63,923 nt of DNA, filler included, from Olpidium bornovanus S191 (GCA_017911155.1; 32 parts of 32 records of this genome joined end to end with filler, not necessarily neighbours in it), one strand, 5' to 3'. Positions 33,830-46,022 are shown, counted from the first letter of the whole stretch. Notes: generated from the sequence alone by a model not told the origin. Program-made: numbers and translations.

Positions 33830-34240
33830 GNNNNNNNNNNNNNNNNNNNNNNNNNNNNNNNNNNNNNNNNNNNNTTAATTAATTAANNNNNNNNNNNNNN
33901 NNNNNNNNNNNNNNNNNNNNNNNNNNNNNNCGCATGCAAAAGATAAGAAAAGAAAAGAAAATGATTGGTATGAAATCGCCTTTTTTAATTTCGTATCGAA
34001 ATAGCCTAAAAGAACGGGCCCGTCAGGACAACGCGAGGAAGAAGAAATGGGTGTGATTCGAAGGCGCGAGCGGGGCCCGGTCTTCCACGCGATTCGGCAT
34101 TAATCTTCAAACACCCGTCTGGCTTTCGGATCGGGCGATAACCCACATCACACCGACACCTCCTTTTTCGTTTGTTTTTTTTGTTTTTTTTTGCCTTTGT
34201 TCTCCTTGTTGTCTCCTCCGAGGCCCTCTATCTGCTCGTC

Positions 34241-35401
34241 TCACGACGCCTCGTTTCCAGGCGGTGTCGCGTCCTGCGGAGGCCGTGGTGCAACTCTCTT
34301 CCTGTGCGAAGCCTTGGAACCGCCGAGGTGGCGATTCTGGATGTGGTACTTAAGCCCACCAGCCAGGCGAAAACGTCTGGTGCAGTCGAGGACGGGGCAC
34401 GGCCACTGCTTCTTGTTGCTGCGGGAGCCGCTCCAAGACCTGCTCGCAGAGCATAGAGCGTTAGTCTCGGACGACCGGTGGCGCCCCAGCCGGTCGGGCG
34501 ATGACTGTCGGGAGGGCGTCGTGGAAGGCGTGTCCGATTCCGCCAGCTCCTCGGCTTGTGAGTTTGCGACGCGCGGGTCACGGCAATGCGACGGTGACGG
34601 CGAGCCCTGACGAATGTCAAGATCCGCCGACGCGGTGAACACCTCGCAGGCAAGTTCGGCGGGCGGGGTGGCCACGGGGCTGGGGGAGGAGAGGCCTGAA
34701 GAGGCGGAAGGAAACGCGGAATTTCCGACAGATAGTTTTTCGGTCACTAGATAGAGATTGACGGAGGGCGACGCCGCGAGCGCTGCCGACTCGTCGCGGC
34801 CGTTTCGGCGGTCCAGCCGCCGCTTCATGCCGCGCGCGGCGGCGGCGGCCGCCGCTCCGGCGTTCGCGGCCGGAGACTGCACGACCCTGCCAAAATACGC
34901 CGAGTACGACTTCGCGGCGCCGCGATTCTCTTCCCCGAGGACTTCGTCCTCGGTCGCGCACAAGCTCCGAGCGCCGCCGCCGGGCGACGCGTATCCGGAA
35001 TCAATAACTGGAGTTCTCGTCAGGGTTTCGGCCGTCGGAGAATCGAGTTCTGCGACGGGAAATAAAGGACGGTCGTCCAGGGCGGGATTATGCGCGGCAG
35101 CACGGCCCGGAAACTGGGTTGTCAGGAGAGCATCCACTTCGCAGAAGCACGGAGACTGCGGCGGTGTGTCGACGGAAGGCGGGATTGCCGGCGGGCCCAC
35201 GCCGTAGTAAGCTTCCAGCGACGGATCGCCGGAAACCGGGCCCGGCGAGTGCATGTCCTCGTGATGCTCCAGCAGCTCGTGTAGGTCCCGGAGGGTGACC
35301 CCGCAGCAGACAAAGTTCCTACAGAACTCGGCCTCCAGCTCCATCCGGCCGTGACCGTCAGCCTCGGCCGTCAAAGCAGGTAAGGCGGTGTCGAAGAACA
35401 T
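34241..35401 (-). CDS. SFP1: Sfp1-like C2H2 zinc-finger transcription factor
   Basis: N-terminal ELEAEFCRNFVCCGVTLRDLHELLEHHEDMH and C-terminal WPCPVLDCTRRFRLAGGLKYHIQNRH match the split-finger Sfp1 family. Confidence 0.75.
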   Translation of the reverse strand: MFFDTALPALTAEADGHGRMELEAEFCRNFVCCGVTLRDLHELLEHHEDMHSPGPVSGDPSLEAYYGVGPPAIPPSVDTPPQSPCFCEVDALLTTQFPGRAAAHNPALDDRPLFPVAELDSPTAETLTRTPVIDSGYASPGGGARSLCATEDEVLGEENRGAAKSYSAYFGRVVQSPAANAGAAAAAAARGMKRRLDRRNGRDESAALAASPSVNLYLVTEKLSVGNSAFPSASSGLSSPSPVATPPAELACEVFTASADLDIRQGSPSPSHCRDPRVANSQAEELAESDTPSTTPSRQSSPDRLGRHRSSETNALCSASRSWSGSRSNKKQWPCPVLDCTRRFRLAGGLKYHIQNRHLGGSKASHRKRVAPRPPQDATPPGNEAS

Positions 35402-36187
35402 CGTCGCCCCAGTTCGCGTATGTTTCGTCGTCGTGCCGCTAGAATTCCCTGATGGTCCGGCCAGACTCGAGACGCGCAAACGGGCGAAGACCGCTCGACT
35501 TCGCGCTGTGTTAAAAGTTGCGCTCGTTCACTGACGTGGCAGGTCCGAAAACAGAGCGACCCGCGGCCAATCCGAGTTAGTCCGGCGGGTCCACGGCGGA
35601 TGGGGAATGGGGAGAAGGTGGGGGAGGGTGTTGCGGGGAAGGCAGAGGGGTGCGAATATTGGGTGAGCACGAAAGGTCGGCGGCACCTTCTCTAGGCGGC
35701 GGACGCGTCACCGCGGCCCCGGATGACGCGTTACCGCGACGCGGGAGCCGGGCGCGGTTGCCCGCCAGGGTCTCTTGCAAAGGGGGGTTAGGGTGGAGGT
35801 GGGAGCGTATGGAAAAGGAAGGAGAGGACGGGTGGCGACCGAGAAAGGAGCAGGATGCGACATGGCTACGCGCGGCACGTACCTCCCGACCTTACCCACA
35901 CTTTCCTTCCTCCCCCCCCCCCTTTCCCCCCACNNNNNNNNNNNNNNNNNNNNNNNNNNNNNNNNNNNNNNNNNNNNTTAATTAATTAANNNNNNNNNNN
36001 NNNNNNNNNNNNNNNNNNNNNNNNNNNNNNNNNGAAGAAGTCACAGGTAAGCCGGTTTTGCATTATTTACTACGTGGGCAATATCTTGCGTTGTTTTATC
36101 ACTATATTTTGCAAAATTTTAGGATCTCGGTCATATTTGTATGCGAATTCCATGGGACAGTGAAGCCACGGCATAGTCTTCAAGGCC

Positions 36188-36229
<42 letters not shown>

Positions 36230-37526
36230 AATCGCGCCAGTTGTCACGGCCACCAGCATAGCATCGGCGTCGTCTTCCTATTGGTCATCCGCGCCTTTGA
36301 CCGGGCTGACATCGAGGTGTTAGGATTGTTGGCGTTTTTGTGAGGGGGTGATGACCGGCGCCAACGACTGAGCACGGGAGTCGATAGGTGCATGCACACG
36401 CGTCGTTTGGTGTCGCCGTCGGTCGATCCAGTCTTGCCCGCGTCAAATCCCAGAGTCCTGAGGTCCGCGATCATCCGCCACCGCGGGCTGCGACCGGGGA
36501 GCTCCCCTTTTTCTCGCCTGGCGTCCGCGTTAGCTTCGGAGGGCCGGTCGGCCGTGACGCTGGCCAAAAGCTCTGTTGGCGGCCGTGCTCGGAAGGCTCG
36601 GGAGGTTCGGACAATCACGGCGACAACGCCGTGTGGCCCTGAGGACAGTAAACGCAGACAGGTCATCCACGTTGCCTTGGTGGCGTTGTTGACTGTTTTC
36701 TACACTGCCGAAATCCCCACCGTTTCCCGCCCACCCTGCCGCTTGCCGTGCCCACGCTGTTGCCGACCACCGTGGTCACTATCGGCACCGCGCTTGTCTT
36801 ACGCGCTCTTCTTCGAACCTCTTACCGTCCCGTTGGCCGAGTGCCCAGCGGCCGGCGGCGTACGGTCGGATTTGTCTGACACTGCAATCCAAACCGGGTG
36901 CTTTACCCAAGGCGACGGGCGCAGTTGCTTGAAGGCAAACTCCGTCGAGGAGGTGATGAGTCGCGCCGAGAGAAACAGCAATTGGCAGTTTCTAAGTTGA
37001 GGCGGGCAGTGTACGCCTGAATGATCAGAGCTCGGGGGATAACGTCCTCAAAGCGAAATGGCTGAGAGTAAAAAAAAAAACTGCGGATTGGACGTGTCGA
37101 CGTCCTAAATTCTGGAAGCACTCGAGCAGCTGTTCGTATTTTTGCGGGAGAAAAAACTTGGCTCAAAAGGGCAACTTTCAGCTCCTACCTAACTCTCTTG
37201 ATGCCCATGGCACGATTGTCACCTCGTTGATAAAGTAGAGGCCGTGCGCATCACCTGCGAGCCGCCGTCGCGCGCCTCCCAGTTTGAGGAAAAAAGCTCT
37301 GAGAAAAAACAAAAGAAAAATTCTTGTCCGACGTTTTTCGAGCGGGTGTGGGCTGCGCGGAGACGTGTTTGCGTTTTGCGTGGTGATGGGAGGGTGGGTT
37401 GTTTCCTCCCCCCGCCGGGGTTAAAACGTGTTCGGGCGGAAAAAAAAAAAAAAAAAAAAAAAAAAAACTTTTGCGCGTTTCCCGAGATTTTTCAGTTTTT
37501 TCCGGCGCCCCCGAATGACACACACA

Positions 37527-37557
<31 letters not shown>

Positions 37558-37660
37558 CCNNNNNNNNNNNNNNNNNNNNNNNNNNNNNNNNNNNNNNNNN
37601 NNNTTAATTAATTAANNNNNNNNNNNNNNNNNNNNNNNNNNNNNNNNNNNNNNNNNNNNC

Positions 37661-38660
37661 ATGTCAACCTGCTTGTCGGAAGGAGTGGGACGGTGGAGCT
37701 CGGCGGCATCGTCCATATCGTCGAGGCACCAGTGCCCGTCTCTACGAGCTGGATCAGCGCCATCTGCGCCCGCGACAAGCACCGGCCACGAGGCAGGCAT
37801 CCACGAGCGCAAGGCCCGGTCCCTGCCTTCGACTTCGGCTCCGGTGCCGTTGGCAGCAGCTAGGTACCCCGCTCAAGCACGCGGCCCGGTCGGACGCGAT
37901 CCGTATCGCGAATATCACGGTGCCAACCCCAACTGCGGCGGTCTCCAGGCGAAAACGGACCGCTTCGCGTCGCGTCAACTTTCCGCACCTTCTGCGCGAT
38001 CTCGGGATTGTCCCGAGGCGTCGCAGCCTCGTTCGGGCCCGCACTCCGGCTCCGCAACCTCGACGTTCAGCAGCACGACGCTGGTTTCCTCCGCGAAGGC
38101 CGGTCCACAGATTCGGGGCTCGTCACGGGCCGCGCACTCGAACGCCGCGTCGTCGGCTCCGCTCACCGGCGTTCGCCCGACGGGCCCCGCTTACGCGTTC
38201 ATGAACGGTGTGGGCTGGCTCGTCAAAAGCGGGACGGCGAGCGAGGCGGACGAGAAGTTCACGATGCTGTTCGTGGACGGCACCAGGGTCGTCGTGCAGG
38301 TCAAGAAGCAGATGCTTGTCTGGCACGAGCGGCGCGCCAGAGGAGACGGCGCGGCGGCAGAAAGCGGCGAATTGTAGGTCCTGCGACTTTTTTCCCCCCG
38401 GTTCCGGTTTCTGGTTCGGTAGTGCGCGCGTGTCGCCGTTGCGAGGGGAAATTCAGGCTCCGGACACTCCTGGGGGAGTTTTTCCGTTTTGCGTCTGACA
38501 AATGCTCCACAACCGAACCCACGCAGCTACCCAATTGACAAATCTCTCCCGGGGTTCCTCAAGGCGAAGCTGGCATATTTCCCGGAGTTTGTCAAACTGT
38601 TGAAGGATTGCGAAACCGCGAACGCAACAGAGCAAAAAGCATTGTGCGACGGCCGCGCTC
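37661..38660 (+). CDS. PLK4: Polo-like kinase 4 C-terminus with polo-box 3 (5' partial); intron 38374-38526
   Basis: AFMNGVGWLV...FTMLFVDGTRVVVQVKKQMLVW spliced (GTAGGT...CAG, phase 2) to FYPIDKSLPGFLKAKLAYFPEFVKLL. Compare recalled human PB3 VFVKNVGWA...VQFNDGSQLVVQ...YGENEKLPDYIKQKLQCL. Confidence 0.75.
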
Positions 38661-38817
38661 CTTCCCCCCCCCCCCCCCCCCCCCGCCCACACACACCCCC
38701 CCCCCCCCGCCCCCCCANNNNNNNNNNNNNNNNNNNNNNNNNNNNNNNNNNNNNNNNNNNNTTAATTAATTAANNNNNNNNNNNNNNNNNNNNNNNNNNN
38801 NNNNNNNNNNNNNNNNN

Positions 38818-39543
38818 CATGAGGCCGTGCAGATTCCGCAGAACCTGCGGCTTGCGTTCGTCGTCGTTGATATGTATGCACACCGACACCGGCCCCTGGT
38901 AATGCTCGACCATCCGTTCGAGCACAGACAACCTGTCTTCGGTGACGAGCGTCGTGACGGAAATATCCTCGTACTGCGACGGTGAGTCGGCTTTGAAATA
39001 GTACGGGAGTATCTTCGACGGTTTCAGTCCGCCGAACACTTTTCCGACGAGATAGTCGGACGGCATAGGCGTGACGGAACCTGGGGAACCGTCTTGACAC
39101 GCGAGCCGGGCAGGGCCGTGGAAAGGATAATCATTTCAGTGGTGAAGTTAGACGAAATTAGCACGCCGGCATCACCTCGTGTCTTCGCGCGGTTGGGCGC
39201 GAGTTGATCGTGACGTCGCGTTCCAAACGGCGGATGATCTGTATGGCCCACCTTCCGCGTTAGTCCAGAAAAGTTGTTGCCTCGCCCAGTTCGTCAACTT
39301 CGCGTTGCTCAGGTGCCGCTGCTGGGAACCGGACTGTCGCTCGATCGGCAAGGCCACCGGCTCTCCGCTCCCGCCTGGAGCTAATGCAGGTGAATTTGCT
39401 GGCGTCGGTGCGGAGAGGTTGTAGAAGCGGTGGGAGGCGTAGATCACCGAAGATGCGACGTACAGGGCGAAAACCAGCTTCAGCACGCTCCCAAACGCGG
39501 CCGAGCACAGCCACGACCTGCCCGCCGGCAACCGCGGTCCCAT
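38818..39543 (-). CDS. GT49 (LARGE/B4GAT1-like) glycosyltransferase, type II membrane protein, 3' partial
   Basis: N-terminal TM VLKLVFALYVASSVIYA; EDISVTTLVTEDRLSVLERMVEHYQGPVSVCIHI matches the GT49 pattern DVTL...DRL..LE....W.GP.S.A.Y. Confidence 0.8.
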
Positions 39544-41294
39544 GCTGCGAGAGCAACCGCGTCCCGGAGGCTGAAACGCGGCGGCGGTCCGCCGATCCTC
39601 CTGCGGAACCAGAAACCGGGTTACCCGCTCGACGCGGCAACCTGGCGGCGACTTCAGGCCGCCGGCACGGCCAGCGCGCCGAAAGGTCGTCGGCCTTTGA
39701 TATCCGAAGCGCGCCGGTTCGGCCGGGGGCCTTCGCATGGAAATTAGAGCGTCGCGTTTTCTTCCCGGTCCGAATCCGGCGCACTGATACAACCTGTGCA
39801 ACAAAATAAAAAAAAAAAAATTGGCCCACCCGAGCCCCCCCAACGCTCGCGACGAGAAAACGCGTAAGATTCCGGTTTGAAAACGAGCTTGGGCAACAGT
39901 GGCTTAGACCCAAAAAGTTGCCTTCGGATTACGTACACGGCGGACCAAAAAGCGTGCCTCCTGCAGGAGGCGCTCCCGCAGGGCCGGAAGCATGTGACTG
40001 CGTTATGGCTGTCATATGTTTGCAAGTTTGCCAGAAGTGGCACATCCACGAACAGACAAACAACGCGGGTTCACTCTCCTGCTTTGCTGGGGTGTCTCAT
40101 CACCGGTGTTGCCTCGTTTTGCTCCGCCACCCACCGTCCATCTTGGCTGCCATCATCCCCGTCGCCGACGCGGAGGATAACCCACGCTTCGCACTTTGTG
40201 CGGGCTCGGAATCTTGCGCAAACTGCTCCGTCCTCTCACCCGGCTGAATTTGGGGGGTGAGGGGGGGGGGGTGTCCTCTCCATGAAAATAAGACGGAAAG
40301 TATGCGCGATTGAAGGACGCGCCCACGCAAAACCATCCCTCAGGCAAGGCGCCAAAGCTTTTTTTTTTACACCCATGTAGGTCTGCCGGGATAAGGGGGC
40401 AGTCTCTTGGGAAGTGCTCAGGTGATGAACAAAATTTGCAAGGGCGGNNNNNNNNNNNNNNNNNNNNNNNNNNNNNNNNNNNNNNNNNNNNTTAATTAAT
40501 TAANNNNNNNNNNNNNNNNNNNNNNNNNNNNNNNNNNNNNNNNNNNNCATGATCAGTACCGCGAAGTTATATTCCAGGTGATTTCCTGCTTTTCCGTTGC
40601 CTGGATAAGCACACTTTGTTCCCAACGCCCAGCGTGAACGCAGGGGATGGCCGCCGCTTCATCTGAAAGCCCTCGTTGAATCTACGGACGTGCCAACTTT
40701 AACGGGGACCTGCTAAACGACTTTTCTTAGGGTCGAAAGGGTCGGCACAGGGGCGAATACGACACGTAGAAGAAAAGTTTATTCTGAGCGCGCAAAAAGG
40801 GCACGTCGCCGGCTCTGTGTTCGTCTGCCCTCTGCTTAGAAGCGCCTTTACGGGCGGATCCGTGCTTGGATCCGGCAGCAGCGTTCCACTTCTGCTGGCG
40901 CCTCCGCGAAACGTCGTGAAGGAGCCCGCCGCCGCGCTCGTGGCCTCGGACTGCCTCGCCGCGGAGCAAACGACCCCGCGGCCATTGTCACCCTTCACGT
41001 CGATGACCTGACGATCACCGGCAAAAAAAATACTCCCCAGGTAACTGCGGGAGAAGGCGGCAATCAACAGCGGGTTTCGACGCCAAGCGGCCGCGAGCTT
41101 CGTGTTTTTTTTCCTTCGCGTTTTCATTCCGTGCTACCCTGACCGCTCCATCTCCCAATGATCAAGAACATTACGTCCAGAAGATGTTCATTCACTTTGG
41201 CTTCAGCGGGGCGACCCAATAGTCGACGCCGCTGGGCACTAATGTCCACCCTGCCGTTGCGCACCACGCGCGAGCCCGCTGCGGACAGGAAGAT

Positions 41295-41600
41295 GCACCG
41301 AGATGCACCCCGCCGAGGCTGAGTACATTGGCCCCTCCGAGATCACGCGTGACGCACCGTGGCTACGACAGCTCCTAGCGGAAGTCGGCCACAACAGTGC
41401 ACGAGACCCGAACGCCATCTTCACCAATAATATAGGCGCCGAGCAGCCCGTCAATGGCACCAAAGGGTCCATTCCGAACCACGCACATCAACGCCCGCCG
41501 GTGCTTCGCGGCGACCAGCTGTCGAGGACGGCGAAATCGATGTCGTCCGCCCCGCTTCCAAGCTGGACCCGGCCCGGCGCACCCATCAAAGGCCCTTTTC
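41295..41600 (+). mobile_element. Degenerate Ty1/copia RNase H fragment
   Basis: TPAEAEYIGPSEITRDAPWLRQLLAEVG...IFTNNIGAEQ, then frameshifted HINARRCF...PSKAL. Confidence 0.75.
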
Positions 41601-42022
41601 AAAGACCGTTTTCACACATGTAACGATGAGACGGGAGCTTACCCCGTAGATCTCACCAAACCGACGTTCGCAACCTTCCTTCCTATGCCACCTTTCATTT
41701 CCACTCTCCGTTTCCTCTTTCCTTTCTCTGCTGCTTTTTCGAATTTGAATGCCCCTGTTGCGATACGCGGCGGCGAGAGGGCGACTTGGGGGGCGCGGCC
41801 GGCTTTACGCCACTTCCCGTAGAATAAGAATACACAAGAACAAACGCGAGTCCGGGCCAGGAACCGTTTTGTCTCAACCCAAGTGGGCGCCGCGAGGTGG
41901 GTGGTGGTGGTGGTGGCGGCGGTGGCGGTTGCGGTTGCGGTGTGGGGAAGGCGGGTGGGTGGGGAGGGCAAGAAGGGCGTTGGGGCCATAATCTTTTTGC
42001 AAGAATTGTGCCGCAAAACAAA

Positions 42023-42057
<35 letters not shown>

Positions 42058-42168
42058 CCCCCCTTTCCNNNNNNNNNNNNNNNNNNNNNNNNNNNNNNNN
42101 NNNNNNNNNNNNTTAATTAATTAANNNNNNNNNNNNNNNNNNNNNNNNNNNNNNNNNNNNNNNNNNNN

Positions 42169-43830
42169 CATGCGTCAAGAACTCAAATCTCACAAATCCA
42201 ATGGCATTATCAAACTCGTCACTCTACCAGCTGATGTTTAGTTGATCACCGGAAAATGGGTATCTCGCATTAAATGCAATGCTGACGGATCGATATCCAA
42301 AAACAAATCCCGTTACGTCACGAGGGGATTTACTCCGCGCAAACTAATGACTACAAAGAAACCTACAGTCCAGTCGTTTTTTCCCCCCGCTCTGCGACTT
42401 CTCGTCGCAATTGCGGCTTATTTCTGCTGGCCTCTGCTGTCTTGATTTCACCACGACTTACCTCAATTCACCGCTTGATAGACCTGTTTGCCTCAAACAG
42501 TTGGAGGGCTACCATGAATTTCCCGATCCAACCAAGGTCTACCTCCTGCACAAAGCGTTGTACGGGCGCCGCCAATCTGCCGGTTGCTGGAATCTCGGTT
42601 TGGATCTTGCACTCCGTTCGCTTAGATTTCTTCCGGTTCCCTCCAAACCCTGCCTGTACACTTTTCGTCATGATCCCCCCCGCATCGGCCCAAGAGGGGG
42701 TTGCTGCGCACGACAAATATGCTGCGCATAACAAATGCGCGCAGATCCCACTGATCACCTTGCTGATAATTTTGCTTAATTCAGATTTAAACTTGCCAAA
42801 CTCCAACCCTTTGACACAATAACCGTTCTCTTATCCACATGAGTTGATGATATTGTACTAACCGGCCTTGCTTTCGCGATTCTCGATCATGTTGTTCGCA
42901 AGCTCCACAGGATCCCACTCACAGATGGCGGGGAACTCGCGCACATCCTTGGCATTGAGACTATCAAACCCTCGCAAAGAATCTTCCTTTCTTAACGGCA
43001 TTACACCGAAGCAGTCTTGGAGAAGTTCCCGCATGGAAATTGCCCTCCTGATCCACTCCTGCTCGATCCGGGTGCGAACTCCACACTGTTGCTGCACGAC
43101 GACACTGGGGCAGCAGGCAAGCGCGGACGGTACCAAGAGCTGAGAGGCAGCCTGAACTACTTGAGCGTCAGAACGCCAATAGACATTTCAACGGCCGTCC
43201 CTTACCTGAGTTACGATAATCCCGGCCAACACCATTGGGCCGCGCTTCAAGGTAATTCTTCGCCACCTGCGCGGGACAACCGATTTTGGTCTCCTGTATC
43301 CGCATGAGCACACAGCACTCAACCAGCATGCTAGCAACGATCAGGATCAGCCAGATCAATGTGCCAATCATCGTCCATACCTCATCACGTACCCAGACAG
43401 CGATTGGGCGCAGTATCCTGGATACCGTACATCAATTAGCGGTTACGTGATCCATTTCTGCAGGAGCAACCACGCAACCCTGCGTGCAACAATCAACTGG
43501 CACTCGGGAAAACAATCATGCACCGCGAGAAGCAGCACCGAGGCTGAGGTAATCACTGCCTCAGGCGCCGCGCGCCATATCACGTGGATACGGCACCTGA
43601 CCGAGGGAGATTTTTGGGAACGTGTCAGGCGATACCTTTCTTCATCGACAATCACGGCGTGCTAGAAATCAGCAAAGACATTCATTGCCTCAACTGCCGC
43701 TCCGAACACATTGTCATCAAATATTTATAGGTTGGTGAAGTAGCTGTTGCCCACAAGATTCAGCCTCTCGCCATCCCGTAGAAAGACAACATAGCCAACA
43801 TTTTCACCAGTGGGCTACCACCTCTTGACT
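42169..43830 (+). mobile_element. Heavily degenerate Ty1/copia RT-RNase H
   Basis: GKWVSRIK.NADGSI.K.KSRYV.RGF, FTTTYLNSPL, LHKALYG.RQS, VDDIVLTG, DSDWA...SISGYV, WHSGKQSCTARSSTEAE and DNIANIFT, with many stops and frameshifts. Confidence 0.9.
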
Positions 43831-43870
43831 TCGAACATCACCGTACGTCTCTCGGGCTTATCTGTCGTCC

Positions 43871-44112
43871 CGCCTGATCCTCTGCACTTTGATCCCAGAT
43901 CTATGTCAAGATCGTCTACGACAAGGTGCGCGAGCCCTGTCGTCGACGAGTTGGGATACCAGACGAATCGCCTGATCCTCTGCACTTTGATCCCAGATCT
44001 ATGTCAAGATCGTCTACGACAAGGTGCGCGAGCCGTGTCGTCGACGAGTTGGGATACCAGACGAATCGCCAAGGGGTCGTTGACGAGTTGGGATACCAGG
44101 CGAATCGCCAAG
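43871..44112. repeat. 98-bp tandem repeat (two full copies plus a partial third) in the copia 3' UTR
   Basis: CGCCTGATCCTCTGCACTTTG... at 43871 and 43969. The sub-motif GACGAGTTGGGATACCAG(A/G)CGAATCGCC occurs three times. Confidence 0.9.
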
Positions 44113-44177
44113 GGATCCAAAATCTCTTTCCATGCCATTATCCTTTTATTCCTTCGATTTTCCTGCCAACCGCGCTC

Positions 44178-44277
44178 AAGAGGGTGTGTTGGATATTCAG
44201 CTCGTTGTGTAATAGTTTAGACTGCTTTTTCCCGTACATGCCAAAAATACAAAAGGAAAAAGAAAAACGTGACAACA
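44178..44277 (+). mobile_element. Polypurine tract and start of 3' LTR (TGTTG at 44187; first CAACA ends at 44277)
   Basis: AAGAGGGTG followed by TGTTGG, downstream of copia pol on the same strand. Confidence 0.55.
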
Positions 44278-44314
44278 ACTCAGAAGAAACCAACCACCAA
44301 ACGAGACAATTCAT

Positions 44315-44420
44315 CCTGAAAGCGCAGGGCAGTCTACTCATAACGATTAGTGGCGTCCTCGTGGTGCCGAGCCTCACTTGCAACCTGCTTTCCGTTGGGA
44401 CACCCGCTAAAAAACAGACC
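44315..44420 (+). mobile_element. Copia protease-end fragment
   Basis: ITISGVLVVPSLTCNLLSVG matches the copia pattern L..VL.VP.L..NLLSV. Confidence 0.65.
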
Positions 44421-44533
44421 AGATAAAATCCGCGGTATTTCTGTACTTTTTTCGGAAAGAATGAGGGGGCGAAATCGCCGTGACCTGAGAGGCCGGCACA
44501 CACACACACACACACCCTCCCTCCTTCGCGCCT

Positions 44534-46022
44534 CTAATGGTCGATAACGATGGCTGTGCCGGCGGCAAGGAGCCCGGCGACGGCACCAGAACAGATCAGG
44601 CCGGTCGCACCGGATGTGATAGATGAAAGCGGTCCGGCGTCGCCGGACGCGATCGAACTTGAGAGCGGGCCGGGCGGGTCGGGCGCGGCCGTTCCGGATC
44701 CGGCGGCTTCCGCGGGCGCTTCGTCGGGTTTGCCGAGAACGGCCTGTTTTTCGGCGGCGGCGGCGGCGGCGTCGTCGTCGCCGGTCGAGGGGTCCTCGGG
44801 GGCGACGTAGGTGTCGTCGTACGAGAAATTCAGTTGGGCCGCTACGATGTCGGCGCGTTTCTTCGTGAACGAAAGGATGCCGTGTTCAGTGTCGGTGCTC
44901 TTGCGATACAGGTCTTTGCGGCCTTCCGCTCCGCTCTTGTAGAGCACGTCGAAGTGCTCGACCGACCACTTGTAGTCGACCTTTCCAGATCCTTGTTGTG
45001 GCGGACTGAAGATTTCCGGGTTTCTGTCTGCCGCCACGTCCTCCCGGAGGAGGTCGTGCAGCGCCTCCAAGCGCGGGGCGAGGGCGGCCCGGTGGAAGAC
45101 CCTCTGGACGATTTCCGTGAGGATGCGCTCAAACTTGGCTTTCAATTCGGGATGGGCCAAGGTCTTGTCAAACAGGGGCCTGCTCCAGCGAGCTTTCGAG
45201 TCGTCGGTGGGAAAGATCCACTCCTTGTAATTCGCGTTGATGCCGCCGTAGACATCCTGCGTATACACGCCAAAACTGTGGTCATAGTCCTTTGTCATTT
45301 GGTTCGTCGGGAAAGCGTTAAAAATCGTAGACTGCCGGAAACAGTGTATTCGCGCCGTCGTCCGCACGGACGAAGTTGTCACGTTACCGTGGGACTGAGG
45401 AACCACTTTCCGTCGTTCGTCTTCGTGAGGAAGTAGTTGGAAGCGGAGCGCCACGAGCCGTCCCAGTGCAACGCTAGGAACTGAGCACGCGATGTCAGAA
45501 TCGGGTTCCGGCGTCCCCGGTTCCGGCAGCGCAAGAAACGCCGTGCGTGGGGGGATGGAGAGCCAAAAAGGAAACCACTCACCTCCAGCGCCGCGTGGCG
45601 GTACACGAGGTCGAAGTCGATCAAGGCCTGCAGCTCGTCGAGCTGGTCTTTGGAAGCCGTTTTCGGGTTAAAGTCGTTCAGCTGCTTGATCATGGCGACG
45701 CAGTCCGCCATCGGGTCGTCGCGGGGGTTGTTGCCCCGGTGCACCACCGCGTACCCGCGTTTGAGGTAATTCGAGCTGCTGTCGCCGCGGTAGGCGAGAT
45801 CGGCTCCGCGATCCCGGCTTTCGGCGTTCATCTTGAGAAGCGTCGGCGGGGGTCCGCCGCCGGCGACGACTTCCGACGCCCACGACGCGTCCACGCCGTC
45901 GATCATGAAGTAGAGCCCGAAGAACTCCTTGTTCACGTACAACCGCACGTGCGTCCCCCGCTGGGCCGGGATGCCGAGAGAGCTCACGATATCGGTGTAT
46001 ATGCGCTCCCGGAGGAACGAGG
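44534..46022 (-). CDS. cotH: CotH-family protein kinase with C-terminal GPI-signal-like tail (5' partial)
   Basis: LRERIYTDIVSSLGIPAQRGTHVRLYVNKEFFGLYFMID, WDGSWRSASNYFL, DYDHSFG, SRPLFDKTLAHPELKAKFERIL, then an S/G/A-rich spacer and hydrophobic end LICSGAVAGLLAAGTAIVIDH*. Confidence 0.88.
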
